Shown: positions 46,015-61,629 of the stretch, piece after piece | Position numbering within the stretch: the first letter of the stretch is position 1 | Layout of the letters: every line of letters begins with the position of its first letter | Source: Mesotaenium endlicherianum | Taxonomy: Eukaryota | Length of the DNA stretch: 64,000 bases | Direction: 5' to 3' | Assembly: GCA_009602735.1 (NCBI GenBank) | Contig: WELA01001462.1 | Span: 621,880-685,879, forward strand | Position numbers and translations under genes: made by a program | Notes under the pieces: model-generated | Told to the model about the DNA's origin: nothing | What the model saw: the letters and a program-made list of their open reading frames with translations, nothing else | Database searches by the model: none

Positions 46015-46427
46015 GCATACGTGTCACAACCTTATGGACTTGTCAATATGTTCATAAAAGGTGAAGGGGGTGTGCGGCGTGCATGCAGATCTTGGCAGCC
46101 CACAGGTGCGGCATCCGCAGAGTCATTCTGCCGGAGAAGAACTTGAAGGACCTGCAGGAGGTGCCTGCAGCCATTCTTGCGTGTATGGAGGTGCGTCGCC
46201 CGCTGCTACTCAGCTCATCTGGGCGTGGTCTTGTTCAGTCAGTGCATAGGACATCAGCTTATGAATGAGCTTGGAAGCAGCAGTCTGCCTGTCCAGTCAC
46301 ACACACGATAGGCTCAGTGGGCGCGTTGACTGACCATGTGCAGATTCTGCCAACCAGCCGTGTGGAGGAGGTGCTGAAGGAGGCGTTTGACGGAGGCTGT
46401 CCGGTCACTCCCAAAAGTAGGCTCTAG
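40045..46427 (+). CDS. LON2: Peroxisomal Lon protease (LON2-like), ~15 exons
   Basis: Approximate exons 40045-40163, 40978-41268, 41519-41688, 41903-42174, 42429-42533, 42661-42785, 43104-43314, 43429-43635, 43890-44020, 44207-44420, 44605-44940, 45056-45250, 45424-45684, 46089-46190, 46344-46427. Motifs: [14 protein letters not shown], Walker A GPPGVGKT, Walker B LLDEID, catalytic PKDGPSAG and GGIKEK, C-terminal PTS1 SRL. Confidence 0.93.
45968..46013. repeat. Compound microsatellite (CT)n(CA)n in a LON intron
   Basis: Seen directly. Confidence 0.9.
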
Positions 46428-49400
46428 ACATGAAAGCCCACAAGTGTACCTCGTTATGAGGTTAGCTTGGCTGTGTCACTAAATGTAAAATTAGATCAAT
46501 GAGTGTGACCATTCATAGTTAGTCTTCTAGTTGTTATGCAACTATTCTGCATTTATGTCTTGAAAGGTACTTACAACTGGCCAATAGCTCCATGCATCCT
46601 GTTTGCAAGCTGAGGCAGTGTACACTGGTCTCCTCCATATTTGTATTTGCAAGTTACAGGAGTAGGCCACAGTAGCTGCAGTGTGCTTTCAAGTAGGACA
46701 CCATCTCAAGGGGGACAAAGTTGAGTTAGGGAGCCGTATGAGGGTGTTTCACTGAATAGCACATATGTGAAGCGCAAGTTTCAATAGCTAGAAATGCACA
46801 TAGGTCCATCACTATGCTGCTCCCCTAAATGGTGGAGTTGTATCACGCGCCTCAAACGCCAATGTTATTTCAAGCTCATAAGCTCTCCAACCCAGTCGCT
46901 TCTAAGTTATTCATGCTAGTACGGCCTCCACCATGTGCAACACAGGAAATTGTCATCATCATCCAGGTAGGAAGCATGTTAGAGTGACTGCAATGGACAA
47001 CTCACTACCCACGACTTGTAAGCATCTTCACTGTGCCCTATGTTCTGAGCCATTTGTCAGTTTCACGTGAAATTCTTCAAAGTTTAAGGTTAGGGTCTCA
47101 GACTAGCAGCCTTGAGATGCTGAATATTGCATAACTCTGAGTTACTTTCATGAGCTGATTGTTGGCGGAAGGTACAATGGGCCTGGAGAGACCTGAGCCA
47201 TTGCAACCATGCAACTAGTGGAAGGAGGGGCAAAGCTCTGCGTGCTGCTCCTGTTACTTCCTGGCTTGCTGCCGTCCAGGCTGTCACCTGTTTACAATTG
47301 AGCACCCGCGCCGGTCCAGCTCCCCGCTTCTGGCTAGGCCAGAGCAACCTCCACTGAGATGCACCTTGATGCAGCTTCCGGGGGGGGGAGGAACTTGCTC
47401 TACATTTTTGTAAAGCTCTCATTCTCCAGCTGGCATGCAGGCTGCTGAGGGTTGACACAAGTGGCCACGAGCAGAAGCAACTTCCTATTGTGTCGTACTT
47501 CTCATTACTACAACACATGAGGGTGGCAGGAGGTAGTTGCATCCACCCGGCAGATCAGCCGCCGTGCAGCGTGGATATGAAAACGAGAGTGTCACCATCT
47601 TGCAGAGTGGCCGCCAGGCAGCCACAGAGCTCCCAGTCCACGTCGTTGATGAGCACCAGCAGGCCCGGCCTCCTGCATGCTCATTCACACTCGTCTGTGA
47701 GGACCCACAAGCTCACATAAAGTACACAAAATCGTTTGTTTGCAGTAGATGCTGAAGCAAAATCCACCTGGCATCCTGCTCTCAAACAGGCCCACTCCAC
47801 TTAGTCCATTTCAACTGAAACATGTCATGCTGATGAGCCTGGAGACTTCTGTCAGGGGAGCTTACACAGAGTCGCCTTTGAGAAACATCTCGGGTCTTTC
47901 CTTGAGGATGTTGTCCCTTATCCACGTAAGACAATTTTTCACATTCAGCTGCGGTAGAAAAAGCACTTCTTGATGTTAAAACATGTCGAGGTAGCATGGA
48001 TGGTTGCGCTTTGACCATACTGGTGAAGTACAAAGAATTTATATCCACGTCGTCCCCTAGAACAAACCACAGAGGGTTCGCCTAGCGTGCTTGTGCTCAA
48101 GACGATTTCATTACAGCAACTAGCAACACTATATGACCGTCACTAAGTTGGCAGATGTTGTGGTGCACCTGGACTTTGAATGTCGGAGAACGCAAGAAAA
48201 GACAGACAAAACACATGCATCATGTGCCCTAGCCAAGACAAGGAATGTGCACGCATCTCTCTGGTTGAAAATGGCCAGGCGTTGTGCAGGACAGGTACCT
48301 GAGCACTCGCAGTGTGAGGGGGAATATTCACAGCATGCTCCTTCACTCCTTCAAATAAAAGCTCCAACCCGCCACTGCCAAGCACCAAGCAGACTACTAC
48401 GGCTCAAAGGCCTGCTTGCAACTGCAACTGTAAGCCGAGTCATAAGTCTTCCAGACAGAGATAGTGAGACCATCCTCTTTTGCTCTTTAAACAAGAGCCA
48501 CTAGATGCTCAAGTCCAGACTGGGCCAACATGCTCACTTGATGGTAGCACGTACCACTCGAGTATAGCCTCACCCCCATGTGTTCACAATTTTCAAATGT
48601 TACTCGAGTTCGAAGATGTTCCCTGAAGAGTTTTTGCAAGATGAAGCAACCCCTCAGATGTACAAGGTTATTCTCTACATTGTTCTTGATGACGTTGTTG
48701 GGATTGAGTTTAACATGGTACTCTGGACTTGTACATTACAAGGAATAAGCGGGAAGAAGGACTGCATATACTGTCTGCCATTGACTACTTATCCCTGCTA
48801 ATCTCTTCTGCTCCAACCGTAGATTCTATGATCAGACATATTGAAGGGGCCTTCTCACAAACTTGAGTCAGTACTCTTAACTAGGCAGAACGAACAATGC
48901 AGCAAAGTAGTGATACTATCCCTTATTTTCACCTGAACTCGAGAGTGAGTTGCACCATCGTCACCAGTGCTCAAACCTGGCAATCGTTCCTGAAAGAAAA
49001 AAGCCTATGTAATATATTAATAAGTTTTTCTGTCAACAATATATTGGGCGTCTGTCGTCCATTACAGAGCATCCTGACGTCACGGCATATAGCAACCAAT
49101 CTCTATAAAAGAGCAGGCACTGTAGCTGCAGAAAGTAGTACTTCTATCCTTCTTCTATTTCCAAATTACAAATTTATTATAGTATGAGCATCTCCGCACC
49201 TGGTGGTAAATCAGCTCAAGAGGCTCGTACTAAAATCTCGCTCAACTGTAAGCTGACTCTATAGTTACTACCACTCGTCGCTGCTACTTGCAATTTGCTG
49301 CTAAAGGTCAAAATTGAGGGCAGTTCTTAAAAATGCCGACACTTGGGTTTCATTGGTGTAATTGGGTGGTACTTGCTGCTAACATCTGCTATTTTTGTTG

Positions 49401-51189
49401 GCTGTCGTGACCGTGTCCTTTATAGCACGTGTATAGCCGTTGTGCACCATTTGTCCAAGTTTGTCTCATGCAGGCTAGTCTTGTGGTGGATTCTGGTGTC
49501 TTCCCTTCACAACTTCCTAGTTAACAACCCGACCGCCCCTACACAAATTGGTGCAGTTAAGCCAGAGTTAAGCTGACATAAATGGATCTGACCGCAGTTG
49601 AGCCCAGTCGCAACTGCTCGCGCTCCGGCGGTTAAACATTCTTCGCTGTCAACGAGTGTCGACTTTCAAGTTTCAACATCATCTGCAGAAAACCGTTGGC
49701 CAGAACGTCATCTGACCATTGTTGTCCTAGCTACAGCTCCCACAGCGAGGGCCATCATAGCAACAACAAAAGAAGCAAGGGTCTGTTATAGCAAATACTT
49801 AACCTGTGCTAAATAACTACAAGGCGTTGGAAGTTGTCTTTGTTGCTAGCGCTGCCATGGCCCAGCGGAGGCTTTCAACTCTCATTGCACAAGGGAGAAC
49901 TTTATCATCAGCAATATTTTCTTCAGTAAGAAATTGCATACATTTCAGTACAGTGATTGAGTCTATGCTGCAGCTGTCTACGCTGTCATTCTTACACCGG
50001 ATGCGACCATCAACTATTAAAGTGGGCATCTGCAATATAAAAGATTTCAAGCAGAATATTGCATGGGTTTTGTTTTTCTGTGGACTGATTATACAACTGG
50101 TTCGGGACGTGAACTCTGCAGCGAGGATGTCATGGAGTTGAGGGTAATAGGAGGGGCATCACAGATCTTCTGGCACAAGGGGAGATTCAAAAACGGAAGG
50201 TACATAGTATGAGCTAACAAAAATACGCACAAATCGAAGTCTGTATATGACCTTGACGTTCGGCGTCGTCTTAGCAGGCGCAGTAAGTAAATGTAGCTCT
50301 GTATACAGGTCAAATGTGGGTTATGTCAGTAGAGTCTTTCGTAGAGGAATAAGCTGGTCATTACACTTTGAAGTCGGGTTCCTTTGATTTTCTCTGTGAT
50401 ACTTGATGTGTTCACTGGAACAAGTCTTTAGATTGCAGTCTGCTTCTCCTAGCAAATATCCACGAACTTCTTTGGCTCCTTCATGAAAAATTAGTCTGGA
50501 CATTAGTGAAGCTCTTCCAATACGATTATACAGGCCCTTTGCCTTCACATTAAAAATTGCAACGTGATGCGAATGGAGCAAGGAGTAGGGCTCACAGGTG
50601 TGCACTGCCATCTGTGCACCTGGTCCAGGATTGGCTGTTGACGAGCGAGTGCTACCAATATCTGCAGGCTCGTCACACAGGGGCATGGGTTGCAGCAGCT
50701 GGCCTTGCAGCTTACTCGGCCTCCTTCAGCGTTCATGCTGGAGGATCTGTCTCTGTGGAAGCTCCTCCGGAGGTACCCTCCCTGCTGTCACACATGTGCC
50801 TGCCTCTTCTTATCTTAGTCTCCTGGCTATTGTGCCCCACATTCTGGAAATTTCGCTTGAGAACCCCACGACTTTATCTCTGGTCACATGATAACCTCTG
50901 CTTTGCCATCTAATGAGCCTCATCTAGTGAATCTGCCTTGCCACTGACTTTTGAGTTGGGTCTTCAAAAGGATATCAGTTTGTCACCTTTCTGTTTTCTA
51001 TTGTTGGGAGGCGGAAGGGGGGCTCGGAGGGATATAGTGTGACACGTATGCACATAGTCCTTGATATCCATGAAAATACCAGTGTCTGGGTGAAGTCTCT
51101 ATTTATGGCACCCTTGTCGAGCTGAAACACGAGGAGGCAGCAGCTGAACTTGACGATTTCATGTCATGAATCTTCAGAGAAGCTGCAGT

Positions 51190-53626
<2,437 letters not shown>

Positions 53627-56385
53627 TGCCTTTTTGGGCATGAATCTGCTTGAAAGCATTGCATAATGACCATTATTTACCTTGGTCACCTAGGCATCAC
53701 AAGAGAGAAGGTAGAAAGCTTGTCCTCCATGGTAAACCTTAGGTCAAGTTTTCCGGATACTAAGCGAGGCAATGGTTATGGAGAAGGATTGTCAGTGCTG
53801 GCAGAAGTATGTATCTACGTCGCTTATCACGTAGTTTAGATATTTGTGAGAGATATCTTAATAAATTTGAACATAGTTTTCACCCAGTGAGCCATTTGCA
53901 AGATGACAGGTATTTGTAACAGGTGTAAGTTGCTCTTACTTTAACCTTCTCCTCTGTTCCCTGAAGACTCGGTTGCCTTTGAAATTTGAGGCCTTAACTC
54001 CATTCTGCAAGCTCCAGAAAGAGCTTCTTTGGGACACTCTCAAACCAAACAAAAAGGATGCTTCATATCACAGGTCATTGCTAGCATATGGAAGCCGTCT
54101 TCTTCTTTCAGCAGTTAATAAGGGATGAAGCCAAGCTTTGTAGCGTGTACTTACTAATCTGTGGTCAATGTAGGTCGCAAATATTGAGTAGAGTGCCACG
54201 CATAAAAGTCTCATGTCATAGTTTTGGGCCTGTACTTCAGGAAGCAAAATATCATGTGTACTTGTCTACGGTGTGTTTGCCAACATTGATAGAATACTGA
54301 CATCCTGAGTTACGACCTGCTGACACCATGGTGATATGACCCCAAATATTTTGCCCACATTCACAAATAAATAGTAGGATTGTGTATCATAGTCTTGATA
54401 TGATGTACGGTTGACATCAAGTGCACTGGCTGCCATTCATGTCATCTTCTTCCAGAAGCATCGATGTAAGTGTATCTTATCTATTCATAGAAGCAACATC
54501 GAGAGTGAGAGCGCCAGTGCGGGGGCGGGTCAGGCAGAGGCTGATAGAAAAAGGCAAAAGACCACAGAGTTGCTAAAAGAAGATTGATTCCAAAAGCTGG
54601 ATAGAAAGAGACTAAGTTTCTTGAACACACTTGAAAATCTGAAGGCAATCGGGTAAATCTATTCTAAAGGCGACTTGGAATGACAATCTCATCCAGCACA
54701 ATGATAAGGAAGCCATATTTGCTTAATTATTTATCAAAGTTGTTTTCTCGAGTACAATCTACAGCCAAGGTACAAACAGCATCAGGCCCTTGGAGTTCGC
54801 CACATTTGTGAAACAATTATAAAGATTTAAGAAAAATAAACGGAAAGCCTAAAAAGGCAACTTTCTTTGAATTGCAATGTTCTTGCAACCGCTTGCAATT
54901 GATTATTGCAAACTACAATTTGATCCTGGCGACAGGGCAGAAGACCTGTATGCAAGTAGTAGCTTCCGCACGATTTGTGAAATTGGTTGAAGGCACTATA
55001 ACTATCTTCAAAATGAACATTTTGAAACAACTCTGAAAAGAGAGGCCATGAAATTGAGCTGGTGTGTGAACACTGAAGCTGCTGAATGAGGGAACTTGGT
55101 CAATTTTCAGCCAGGTCAATGAGGTGCAGAGTCAACACAACCAAACTTGACCCGACATTGACCTGCAGAGTCAAGAATTACTAATTGACCAGGCCAGACC
55201 AGGCATGAGACCAGGCCATCGACAAAATTGCATCACCTTCGCACATGAAGCACCGACACAGCTATGCACAATCGATGACTTGCGGTAAACTGCGGTGAAC
55301 AGCGATGAACGTGGAAAGTTTTGCGCCGAAACTACCGTAAAGCAAGGTGAAGGCGAACGCATCAAATTGGACACATGCAGGTGAATATTATCCTAGGACA
55401 AAGTTTTTAAATTACGGCGATTTGCGACGAACCACCTGAAAGACAAATTATTTCTGACAGCGACAGAGCAGGTGCCCTTGGTCTCATTGCACCCATTTTT
55501 AAATTGCAACTATGCATATATACGCGAAGCATCCAGTCTTGTGTTCGTCCTGTGGGAGCCTTTAGTTTGTTGACTTCTCCAACGCCTTCAAGTCAGCGTT
55601 GCCTTTCTACATCACTGTTGATGATGCTTTAAAATCGCTTACTATGCTCCATTATATGCTGAGATTAGTCCAAGAACGGCAATCATAGCATGCACTGCAT
55701 CCTTTTTGCAACTAGTTCGTTCTTTAGCTGCAATCTTTCTTTGATCACCTACATATATTGGAGAAAGTCAATAAGTTATGTTTCCGAGGACGCATTCCGG
55801 AATAAGGAATCAAACTTTTGACAACAAGGCACGGTTTCAGAGAAGGTAATATAGCTTATGACTACTAGAGCTGGTTTAAGCTAGACCCGGTGGAGCCTCA
55901 GTCTCCGACTCTTCTCTTGCTTCCTGTCAGAAGTTGATGTTCTTTGCATCTCGGTTTTAAGCTTTCCTCTGTGAGTTCTCAAACATGGATGTCCTTCCAA
56001 GAACCGTAGCCAGGAAATTGGGGGCTTCCTCATGTCCTTGTTCACGTGAGGGACTGCTTGACAGTGGTGTTCTAGTCTCATGTGGTACATTGTAAAATTC
56101 TTGACACTGTTGGTGTACTACAATTGCATCTTGGCGACAGCCTCCCTTGTAATACGAGATGGCAGAAAGTTGGTAGTGGAACTGGGGTGATGGAATGAGT
56201 CTTCTGGAGCTCTATGCCCGGCACCTCTGAAATTCACGACCCTGCTTACAGCTGGTTCAAGTTTTGCCTCTGGTCACTTTACATGAGGGCAATGGTTAGG
56301 TCAATCCCTCTCATTCAGGCAGGGCAAAGAACTTGTGATTTAGAGGGAGGCGCTTTGTTTCTTTGACAGGACGCGGCAAACAGCG

Positions 56386-59300
56386 ATGCTACTACTTGTT
56401 GTTCTAGGAAATGCTGCTATAGTGTTCCTCCTGTACAGTTCTGCTCCGGGCATCTCTCCCCCAGTCAACAACCCCAAAGTAGCAGCTCCTGTGGAAAAGG
56501 AGACCCCTAAAGGCGCTCTATCTCAACTCCCTTCTGCGCATCAAAGAGAGTGAGTGGGATCGTCTCTTTTTCGCATCTGAAAATTGAACACATGTCACAA
56601 TGAGTAGCCTCATATTAGTTCCGGATAAGTCACAGTAGTGGACCTTGTAAGGCCGTTGGAGAGGTGCATTGGCTATGCCAAAAGACCAACCCAACACCTG
56701 TACGAAAGCCTCACATATTCTGCATGCTAGCTTTTGACAATGTTCTCTCTGCAAAGTGCAGGTTCAATGGTGGGCATGGGTTGCAAGGCTTTGTGTACTT
56801 CAGTGGATACAGGATACAAATGAACGAGTTTGCAGCATTGGGCTTGGCGGCCCTTGTTCTTCATGACCTCAAGCAAGCGGATGCATGCAGGTGTGTGTGT
56901 CCCTGCACCCTCAGCCCTCGACTCTAGTAGAGACAAATCTGTACGTGCACCACATGGATCAACATGTGTTCTCTCGTCCCCTTGCCCTCCATGCGACGTG
57001 CATGGATGGCAGTGCGATGCTGCTGGAGAGGAGCATCGGGCTCCCATTTCTCAAAGGGAGCCTGCTTGCGGAGCTGGTGAGCGCGCAGATGGGTGATGCC
57101 CAACGGCACCTCCATCCAGGGCAGCATCCAGATGCACTATCCGGGAGAGCACCACGCGCGCATGTACGAGACCATCATCCTCAAGTGCCTGCTCGCCCGC
57201 CCTGCTCTGGGCCTGTGAGTCCACACCTGCCACCCCTTTCATCTTGCAGACGACGTCTGTCACCATCAGGTGCGGGTGGTGCTTGCTTGTCCTCATATGC
57301 ATACGTAATTGTGCGTGCGAACGCGTGCACAGTATGGGTGGGAGCCTGATGATGACGATAGATGGGGAAGAAGTGCCGGTGTACTCGGAGGAGCCGGGTA
57401 CAGATCCTCATGAGGTGCTGGCGGGTGCGCCCTACAAGCGCTTCCTCACCTACTGCTCGCCGCCCATGTACGGCTCTATCGACCCCCAGCGCGTCAAGGA
57501 GTGGCTGGAGTACCACCGGAGCACGCACGGTGTTGACGTGAGTTGCCCCTAAGTCCTGCCGAAGGAAGGATCTTGCGTGCTGTGTATGCCACTGCCATCC
57601 TGCTGCCGTGGGGCATGGATGTCGGCACGAGGGGGGGCACGAGGGGGNNNNNNNNNNNNNNNNNNNNNNNNNNNNNNNNNNNNNNNNNNNNNNNNNNNNN
57701 NNNNNNNNNNNNNNNNNNNNNNNNNNNNNNNNNNNNNNNNNNNNNNNNNNNNNNNNNNNNNNNNNNNNNNNNNNNNNNNNNNNNNNNNNNNNNNNNNNNN
57801 NNNNNNNNNNNNNNNNNNNNNNNNNNNNNNNNNNNNNNNNNNNNNNNNNNNNNNNNNNNNNNNNNNNNNNNNNNNNNNNNNNNNNNNNNNNNNNNNNNNN
57901 NNNNNNNNNNNNNNNNNNNNNNNNNNNNNNNNNNNNNNNNNNNNNNNNNNNNNNNNNNNNNNNNNNNNNNNNNNNNNNNNNNNNNNNNNNNNNNNNNNNN
58001 NNNNNNNNNNNNNNNNNNGGGGGGGGGGATTTGAAGCATAAAATGCGAAGCGCGATTCTTTCATAGTGTTTTCCAAAAAAGAATCGATATGACTTTGGTA
58101 AGTGAGCGTGAGGGGGTGGGCAGCACGTGCACATGTACGACGCGGGCGGGCTGGACGCGGACGTGATGAAGGTGCTGCAGCCGTACCTGGATGCGGGCAC
58201 CATGGACATCACGGACATCAAGGCCTCTCTCAAGTATGACACATGGCTCTACAGCCAGGTGAGCAGGCAGCATGCCCGTGGCCCTCGCCCTCTTCACCTA
58301 CTAGAGCTTCCAGCAACGGCCGTTGCTGCTGCTGCAGGTGAACTCGTGCATGTCCCGCATGGTGGGTGGTGGGTGTACTGCGTGCACACTTGGCCTGATG
58401 TTGAGGGCGGGAGCCCGGGGATGCAGGTGCTTGTCGTGAATGACTGTGCGCTGCGGACCAGGGCTACTAGCAGGTGGGCTCTCATGATGGACATTGACGA
58501 GTACTTGCACGTCACGGCAGCGCCCCACACGCTCCCCAGCTTTTTGAAACCGATGCCAAACATCTCGTGGGTGTCCATAGGGAGCCTGTCGTACACCATT
58601 GACACGTGTGGCGCGCCCGTGGTCAGTCACTCTCCTCCTCCTTTTCCTCCTCCTCTTGGGCTGTGTCGCCCACTCAAGTGCAACTGTCACCTGTAGCCTA
58701 TATGTGGCTTCCAGCAGCACATTCTTACGTGCTTCCATCGAGCAGGCGTGTAGCTGCTGACTCCTCATCCCAATGCACCACGCCAGGCCTTTCTCCTCCT
58801 TGCCGTGATTTGAAGCGCCCCTTTCACAGGCCAGCTGCTGATGAGCGCTTTTTTGAGGGAAGGGGGCATCAGGAAGGAGGGCCTCACTCGTGGGCTGTGG
58901 AGAGGCTGGTGTTCCACGAGCCCAGCGTCCACTGCAGAGACCCGTCAAAGTACCCCAGGTCAGCTCTCCCTTAGCTGCCGCTTCTTCTTCTTTCAACGCT
59001 CACTCTTGGAGGCTTGAGCGAAGGTCTCTGTGGCAAAGCCACCCCATGTCTGTGCTTTTCCTTCACCGCCAAATCTGAGGATCGCGTGCTAGGAGGTTGC
59101 GCCGTGCAATAGTGCTGCATGGGTCTAGGATTTTGTGAAGGAAAGTACGTTATGTATAGACTACCCAGTCCTTTTTGGACTCATATCCAGGAGAGGTCGA
59201 GCTGGGTCTTATTCAGCGGATGTGGACACGAGGGTGCAGCCGAGAGCTTTGCTTGAAGTGGGATGGGCACCGAAAGTACGTGGTCAACCCCAGGCGCATA

Positions 59301-59516
59301 GAGGTGCTACAGATTCACCGCGTCATGGAGCCGGCTGAAGGCGGCATGAACTCGCACACGTCCCTCATCCGCCTCAACCACTTCCGAGGCCTTGGCATCA
59401 AGGACAAGCCCATCTGCCGACAGTCACTCAGCTTCTCCAACCCGGCCCCCAAGGGGTTTGTACGGGACCCCTCAGTTGCCCGCATGGCTCTGGCTGTGCG
59501 GCGTAAGATGAGGTAG
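56386..59516 (+). CDS. Glycosyltransferase family 92, galactan synthase (GALS)-like type II membrane protein; 5' end uncertain
   Basis: Hydrophobic anchor MLLLVVLGNAAIVFLLY. Motifs LTYCSPPMYG...RVKEWLEYH, MYDAGG, QVLVVNDC, WALMMDIDEYL (DxD), RKYVVNP, IRLNHFR. Multi-exon, with the N gap inside an intron. Confidence 0.85.
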
Positions 59517-59699
59517 CAAGGGAGCGCCCTTTTCTCTTCTTTACCCTGTGCTACTGCTGCAACATTCACTAACGTCACACATGAGACTGTAAAGGGCTCC
59601 AAGTTCCAATGGTTTTCTCCCCCCCCACTTGAGGTTCTCAAGTCCGCAATTCTCTGAAGAAGGGCTGACTTAAAAATCTATGGTTAATTGCCATACAAA

Positions 59700-60484
59700 C
59701 AATTTGACAATTTGTATTCAAATTGCCTGATTTCGAAAGAAAGAAGGTGATATTAGAAAGAATAGTAGGAGTATTAGTATGCTACACTTGCGCGTCATTT
59801 TGTTCTTGTCTAGTCCTTTCCTACATGCTGTTACGCTTATCTGTACTTGACTAATCAATAACAAGACAAAGAGGTCAAAACAACTATATTCCAACTCCTA
59901 ACCAACACTACTAATCGACGAAAACATATTGTAACACTAACAAAACAACAACCACCCTATTGTGCATACCAAAGACTATTGCTGGCACCAACTTCGTTGC
60001 CTGCCTTGTGCCTCTCCCAGTGGAGTGGAGGGTTAGAGGGGTGGGTAAGTGGGTATATGTAGCAGCTACCTTCCTGTTGCAATGAGGCTTCTGTGCAACG
60101 AGACGCCTTATGAAGCTTTTGTTTGTCGAGGAGACACAACACGTGTGAAATTGATCAAGTTTGAACACTGTTGCTGGCACCAACTTCGTTGCCCGCCTCG
60201 TGCCTCTCCCCGTGGATTGGGGGGTTAGAGGGGTGGGTGGGTGGGTATGTGTAGCAACTACCTTCCTGCTGCAATGAGGCTTCTTTGCAACGAGAAGCCT
60301 TATGAGGGTTTTGTTTGTCGATGAGACACAACACATGTGATATCGATCAGATTTGAACACTTGTCAAACTTTGGTTTGCGACATGAAATGTCGCAAACCT
60401 TCAATTTGACAATTTGTGTTCAAATTGCCTGATTTCGAAAGAAAGAAGGTGATATTAGAAAGAATAGTAGGAGTATTAGTATGC
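59700..60484. repeat. 83-bp direct repeats (59700-59782 and 60402-60484) enclosing a ~620-bp segment with a 192-bp tandem duplication (~59976-60360)
   Basis: The direct repeats differ at one position; the tandem units are imperfect. Confidence 0.9.
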
Positions 60485-60588
60485 AATATTAATAGCATAC
60501 AAGGTACTTCTAGGCTAGGCTAGTGGTTAGCGTAGAAGTTGGGTCTTATCTAAGTAGTGGCCCCTACGGGTCGTACTACATGGTATTG

Positions 60589-61582
60589 CTACTTGCGTCT
60601 AAAAGCTGCTAGAATTTGCTCTTGGTCATAGGGAGCATCGCTAGCATCGTCAGGGATGGCTATGGTTCGGGCCGCGGATGCCAGTGACTGCTGCAGGTGA
60701 AGCACGTATGGCTCTTTTCCTCGAGCAGATTTCCATCTGCCCATAGTTTGGGCTACGGCATCTGGGACGCCCAAGTTGGCGGCTGCTGTGGCGGCTCCCT
60801 TTCGCAAGGAGTGCGTCCCCATGTTCTGTGTAAGGCCCACCGATGCGAATAGTTCCTTGCACCACTTATTCACAGTGGCGTGTGAGGCGGGCTGGAGAGA
60901 AGATCTGCCAGATGTATATGCCGAATTAGAGGTCCATCGAGAGCATACTCTGGAATCTCCGCCACTAACCTACACAACATTTTTACCGGGCACCACTTGG
61001 AGTTGCTTGCGTGAAGGGCACCCCATGGCCCTCACCAATTTGGTCCGTCTTAGAGGACGGGAGGTGCAAGTAAATGGCTGTGATGTTTGGACCACCCGTG
61101 ATGTCGAGATCCTGAATTCTGGTTTTGGCCAGATCTGAGTATCGCAGACAAGCACTATACATGAGCATCATCGCGGCCACCTTCATGAGCGATGCGGCGG
61201 TGGCACCTGGCCCTGCGTGCTTTTCAAAAATCGCAGTGAGGGTGCAGGGTGCGACCGGCATCATGGTGTGCTTGGGTCTGGGCAGCAACCTTTGCGCTGC
61301 TTTTCTAAGGGTACTGATTTTGTTGTGCAATGTGGGGCTAGGTAGCTCCGCTAGTCGATGCACGCAAAAGATTGCAGCCGATGACAAATGGTATGTAGAC
61401 CAGGTGACACGCTCCTGGATGAGGTACAAGCAGTAGAGCCTGATCACCTCGACTGGCGCCGGAAGATCCTGCAAATTATGCATTTTGCACCACCGTTGAA
61501 AACGCATCCAGTAAGTGTTGTAAGTACGCAGACTGGTAGGCGCGATAGTGTGGAGCAACACGTCCACGCTCGTGGCTTCCAA
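60589..61582 (-). pseudogene. Tyrosine recombinase, frameshifted near 61000
   Basis: SAM-like N-terminus, MYSACLRYSD (catalytic R) and SKTDQ in one frame; HSLRKG, GRWKS and PY in another. Confidence 0.88.
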
Positions 61583-61629
61583 GGCTTGTAAGGCCGGATT
61601 TTCGAAAAGTCGATATTCTGCTCAGCACC

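Noticed and set aside
40546..46268. Numerous overlapping antisense and alternate-frame ORFs
   Set aside because: Expected shadows of GC-rich LON2 exons and introns.
46500..51100. Possible minus-strand gene or pseudogene between LON2 and the kinase
   Set aside because: Only short ORFs with no recognisable domain or consistent exon chain; needs RNA-seq or a homology search.
54300..55500. Charged coding-like stretch (possible DNA transposon remnant)
   Set aside because: Interrupted by stops; no TIR, TSD or catalytic motif found.
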